20,000 nucleotides of DNA, taken from the IMG/VR virus record IMGVR_UViG_3300037237_000057; one strand, given 5' to 3'. Under the pieces are notes generated by a model, which worked only from the letters and a program-made list of their open reading frames with translations, did no database searches and was not told the DNA's origin. The stretch is from an uncultured virus (IMG/VR IMGVR_UViG_3300037237_000057). Its lineage: Duplodnaviria > Heunggongvirae > Uroviricota > Caudoviricetes. The translations under genes were made by a program, and so were the position numbers. Shown one piece after another: positions 16,800 to 20,000 of the stretch; positions within the stretch are counted from its first letter, which is position 1, and every line of letters starts with the position of its first letter.

Positions 16800-17714
16800 C
16801 TAATAAGCGTACCCATTCGAGGTCGCCCCCGTCACTGAAAGAGTTCCCGTAAATGGCCCATAGGCTGTTCCAGACCTGACGTTAGCAATGCCGGGGTCTG
16901 TAGGTGTCACTGTAGCGTGTGAATTGACGACGCCCAAGGTGTAGCTGGTATCTTTTGGGGAGATGATGTAGTTGGTTGCTGCCGGGGTATAAAGAACTCT
17001 GCCAGCGATTGCTTGCGAATCTAGGCCGTTGACGATATTGCCTGTCAAGACGCTCCCCGTTCCTGTACCAACGCTGCATCCGTTGGTGGCGACTGTATTC
17101 GATCCAAAGCAGGTTCCAGCTAAATTGACGCCGCCCGTGGCTCCAGCGTAAACAAGTCCAGTAGCCCCGGTGGCGCTTCCCGCAGTAAAATTACCGACGT
17201 AGTACACAACAACAAGAGTGTGTGCGTCAGTTGATCCTAATTGACTGGAGGTTGATCCGCCTGTGATATTGCCGCAGATTGTTCCTCCACCCGTGGACCC
17301 CGTGATCGTTAAAGCTGTGGTCTTTGTGGCTGTGACGTTGGCGTGGATCGCGAGGTTGGTCGCAGTGGCATAAGTAAACGCACCGCCGTTTGTGGCGTCC
17401 GTAGCGAGCGTTGTAGTCACGGTCACCGTACCGCAGACACCCGCACTTGCGCCTGTCGCAGCACCGGGGTCCACATTCACCGCAATGCCCGTGCAACCGT
17501 TGGCGTTTAGTACGTCACCATTTGCGAAACTACCTACAGCGACTGGAGTTCCGGTAGCTACACACGAAGCTCCTTGAGTTGGGTACCATCCTGCTCCGCC
17601 AGTTGTGTAGTTGATGTTTTGGCTAACAAGCAGGTTGGCGTAATATGTCGTCGCCCACGCTGGGCATGAGCCCAGGAGCGCAATAAGGAGAAGAATGCGA
17701 GTTGCCGTTTTCAT
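16800..17714 (-). CDS. Signal-peptide (possibly lipoprotein) Thr/Gly-rich beta-solenoid protein (304 aa)
   Basis: ATGA overlap. [27 protein letters not shown][IF]T[GA]G-type rungs. C-terminal [19 protein letters not shown] resembles phage fibre motifs. Confidence 0.82.
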   Translation of the reverse strand: MKTATRILLLIALLGSCPAWATTYYANLLVSQNINYTTGGAGWYPTQGASCVATGTPVAVGSFANGDVLNANGCTGIAVNVDPGAATGASAGVCGTVTVTTTLATDATNGGAFTYATATNLAIHANVTATKTTALTITGSTGGGTICGNITGGSTSSQLGSTDAHTLVVVYYVGNFTAGSATGATGLVYAGATGGVNLAGTCFGSNTVATNGCSVGTGTGSVLTGNIVNGLDSQAIAGRVLYTPAATNYIISPKDTSYTLGVVNSHATVTPTDPGIANVRSGTAYGPFTGTLSVTGATSNGYAY

Positions 17715-19726
17715 TGTTGCACCGCCAGTACCAGATTCCAGTTATCGCACGTTGCGGAGTTCACGTTTGCCATCAGCACATCGTTCTTAGCGATGGTTTT
17801 CCCTGTTGACCATCCGGTAAGCGTGGTGTCTTGATAGTATTTTGCCGTTGAGAGCGTAGGCAGGTCTGAGGCCGTGATGGTGTTCGTTACCGTGGGGATT
17901 GCCGCATTGACCTTCCACACGTCGATCACTGCCGAGCAATTCCCCGCGCTCAATGTTCCGGTCAGAGTCGCCGAAATGATAGTACCCGCGAAAGGCGCTG
18001 TGAAGGACGGGGTTGTGCCCGTTCCAACAGCGGTTCCCGCCGCCGCGCTGTTGCCGAAGGTAATGCTGGTGATTGAGACGCTGGCGACCAATGATGAGTT
18101 AGGAACTGTACCGCTATTGATCTCAGAACCCGCGATACTCTTGTTTGTCAGCGTCTGCGTATCTGTGGTGCCGACAATGGTTCCAGCGGGGGCGGCCACT
18201 GAGGATGTAACGGTGGTTGCCGTGGCTGCAATAGGAATCTGGGTTGCTGTCATGCCAGACAAACCACTAGAACCGCCTGACCCATTCGCTGCCGCCGTAA
18301 TTGACCCGTCTGCCGCAACAGTAATATTGGCGTTAGTGTAAGACGCTGCCGTTACTGCTGTTGCCGCGATGTTGGCGTGTGGCAGCAGTCCGGTCACATC
18401 CGCAGAAGCCAAATTCACCGCGCTTGATGTCAGCACCGATTCGTTTACGTTGTCGCCTGTAGCCGCCGCAGCCGCGTGCAGAATGCCAGCCGCAGCCGTA
18501 GCGGGGAGCTTGTACAGGAACGATGTGCCGCCCGTAACAGGAGCCGCGAATCCAGCGCTGTTTGCTGCGAGTGCGGGGATGTTGCCTGTTCCTGCTGAAA
18601 GATAGAGGGAGTTTGGGGTCGTTCCGGTACCTTGGAAGCTGGAGCCACTAACCGCCCCTGTGCTGGCAACCGAACTTGGCGTAATTGCTCCAAGTGCAAT
18701 AGTCAGCGCTGGTGTTGCCCCGCCTGACGATGTGCCGGAAACGCCGTTTGCCGATGCTATCGAAACCGCTGTGACCGTGCCAAGAGGAACCGCCGTATTG
18801 CAATTGAGCAGTGTCCCTGTCGCTGTGTAGGTACACATATCGCCGTCGGTGTATGTGCCTTTGAGCAGAGAAAGCGCCGATGTTGCCGTGGTTGCATTTC
18901 CGCTCAGCGCCCCGGTGAAGCTCGGTGCGCTCAACGCTACATTCGACGCGATGCTATTAGCCGCCCACGTCAGCGTTGGGGTGCCGGTATCGGCGCTTGC
19001 TATCGTGCCGCCTGCGAGGAGGGCAAGGTTTGTAAACGTCTGCGTAGCCGTCCATGTGTTCGCGTGGCCGAGAGCAAGAGACGCTATCACCGCGCCTGTA
19101 GTCGGCGAAACGGTCAACGTGCCGTCGGAATTGCTTGTAGACGAAACACCGCCACTGCTTCCATTTGCCGCAGCTGTCACGCTGCCATCTGCCGCAACGG
19201 TGATATTCGCGTTCGTGTAGCTTCCCGGAGTCACCGCAGTTGCCGCAATATTGGCGTGCGGGATGCCTGTGGGCAAGTCAGCCACAACCAGCGCGCGGAA
19301 AGTCGGTGCCGCTGCTGAGCCTGTAGTCGGACCAGCGAGGATAGTATTCGCGGTCTGCGTGCCGAACCCCGCGAGTATTTGAGCCGCGGTCGCAATCGAA
19401 GGTACGCCGGTTGCGGTCGTATTGTAGAGAATCCCGGAAGCAAGCGCCGAGAGTTGCGTACCGTTGAGGCCCGTTACTGTGGTTGCACCGCCTGTCAATG
19501 TGCTGTGTGCATCGCCTGAGAGCGCCGTGAATGAACCCGACCCGCCTGTAAATGTGCAAGTAGTTCCTGTGCAAGACACACCAGAACCTGTAAAGGTAAA
19601 ATTGCCAGTAGAACTATTGATAGACAGAACACCGCCAAGCCCTACTGGGCCAATGACAGGCGTCTGCGCGAACGCAGAAATAGTAAACAATACACTGGCA
19701 ATTAGTACAAAAAGTTTCTTTATCAT
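17711..19726 (-). CDS. Tail-fibre-like protein with a signal peptide (671 aa)
   Basis: Start reassigned to ATG 19726 (GGAG upstream): [21 protein letters not shown]. Fibre-type motifs [41 protein letters not shown] twice and [15 protein letters not shown]-terminal beta-sandwich PFAGTI...IDVWK. Confidence 0.8.
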   Translation of the reverse strand: MIKKLFVLIASVLFTISAFAQTPVIGPVGLGGVLSINSSTGNFTFTGSGVSCTGTTCTFTGGSGSFTALSGDAHSTLTGGATTVTGLNGTQLSALASGILYNTTATGVPSIATAAQILAGFGTQTANTILAGPTTGSAAAPTFRALVVADLPTGIPHANIAATAVTPGSYTNANITVAADGSVTAAANGSSGGVSSTSNSDGTLTVSPTTGAVIASLALGHANTWTATQTFTNLALLAGGTIASADTGTPTLTWAANSIASNVALSAPSFTGALSGNATTATSALSLLKGTYTDGDMCTYTATGTLLNCNTAVPLGTVTAVSIASANGVSGTSSGGATPALTIALGAITPSSVASTGAVSGSSFQGTGTTPNSLYLSAGTGNIPALAANSAGFAAPVTGGTSFLYKLPATAAAGILHAAAAATGDNVNESVLTSSAVNLASADVTGLLPHANIAATAVTAASYTNANITVAADGSITAAANGSGGSSGLSGMTATQIPIAATATTVTSSVAAPAGTIVGTTDTQTLTNKSIAGSEINSGTVPNSSLVASVSITSITFGNSAAAGTAVGTGTTPSFTAPFAGTIISATLTGTLSAGNCSAVIDVWKVNAAIPTVTNTITASDLPTLSTAKYYQDTTLTGWSTGKTIAKNDVLMANVNSATCDNWNLVLAVQQ
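18281..19261 (-). repeat. Two copies of a 34-aa motif (19160-19261 and 18281-18382)
   Basis: [34 protein letters not shown] versus [34 protein letters not shown]; 31 of 34 residues identical. Confidence 0.9.
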
Positions 19727-19737
19727 TATGCTCCGTC

Positions 19738-19968
19738 TCATTTTGTTGGGTTTAATAGTCTGTTCTGGGGGATTCTCGCACCTTGGTAAAATATTCGAAG
19801 AGTATCCCCTGTTGAACTAGATAAGATTGGTAGTGGGCATCTTGTAAAACCAGTCAGACCCGGTTGAAAGTTGTCCATATTTGTTACTCCTACAGGAGTA
19901 GTACCAGCTTTGTCAACCGGACCATAATTACTTAGATCGAGTTCCCTAGACTGTTCTAATGAAGGCAT
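19738..19968 (-). CDS. Hypothetical protein (76-77 aa)
   Basis: AAAGGAG RBS precedes tandem ATGs at 19971 and 19968. AT-rich segment. Confidence 0.7.
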   Translation of the reverse strand: MPSLEQSRELDLSNYGPVDKAGTTPVGVTNMDNFQPGLTGFTRCPLPILSSSTGDTLRIFYQGARIPQNRLLNPTK

Positions 19969-20000
19969 CATAACTCCTTTGTTTTGTTAGAGTTCCTGGC

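Larger units (their letters stand above)
1..20000 (-). mobile_element. Tailed phage or prophage late (virion and lysis) region
   Basis: Portal-like, scaffold-like, lysozyme, holin-like and fibre-like genes, all co-oriented and translationally coupled. No host housekeeping genes seen. Confidence 0.9.

Noticed and set aside
9463..19726. Diversity-generating retroelement or invertase shuffling of fibre genes
   Set aside because: No reverse transcriptase or recombinase is present, and the repeats differ at synonymous sites of all bases rather than only at adenines.
10..19820. All plus-strand ORFs in the track
   Set aside because: They are antisense shadows of a fully tiled, coupled minus-strand operon, with no recognisable motifs.

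Overview
This window is a 20-kb segment of a tailed phage or prophage late operon. All credible genes are on the minus strand and tightly coupled by ATGA/TAATG/GTGA overlaps. In transcription order (right to left) it holds: (1) a small hypothetical gene; (2) five consecutive Thr/Gly/Ser-rich proteins with fibre, adhesin or depolymerase-like architecture (about 671, 304, 618, 1526 and 300 aa); (3) an extended lysis region with several membrane proteins, a papain-like Cys peptidase and a GH24 lysozyme; (4) small genes, including one with a HiPIP-like Cys motif; (5) an 862-aa probable portal with a Zn-ribbon insertion, a 390-aa hypothetical protein and the start of a probable scaffolding protein. 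The most striking observation is that all five fibre-like proteins carry N-terminal Sec-type signal peptides and an even number of Cys in the mature chain, and three share a terminal [TS]G-x-hydrophobic-[TS]G...Q strand motif. This suggests an exported, disulfide-bonded appendage module inside a virion operon. The protein style suggests an Acidobacteria-like diderm host, but that is inference only. All calls are by eye; no database searches were run.
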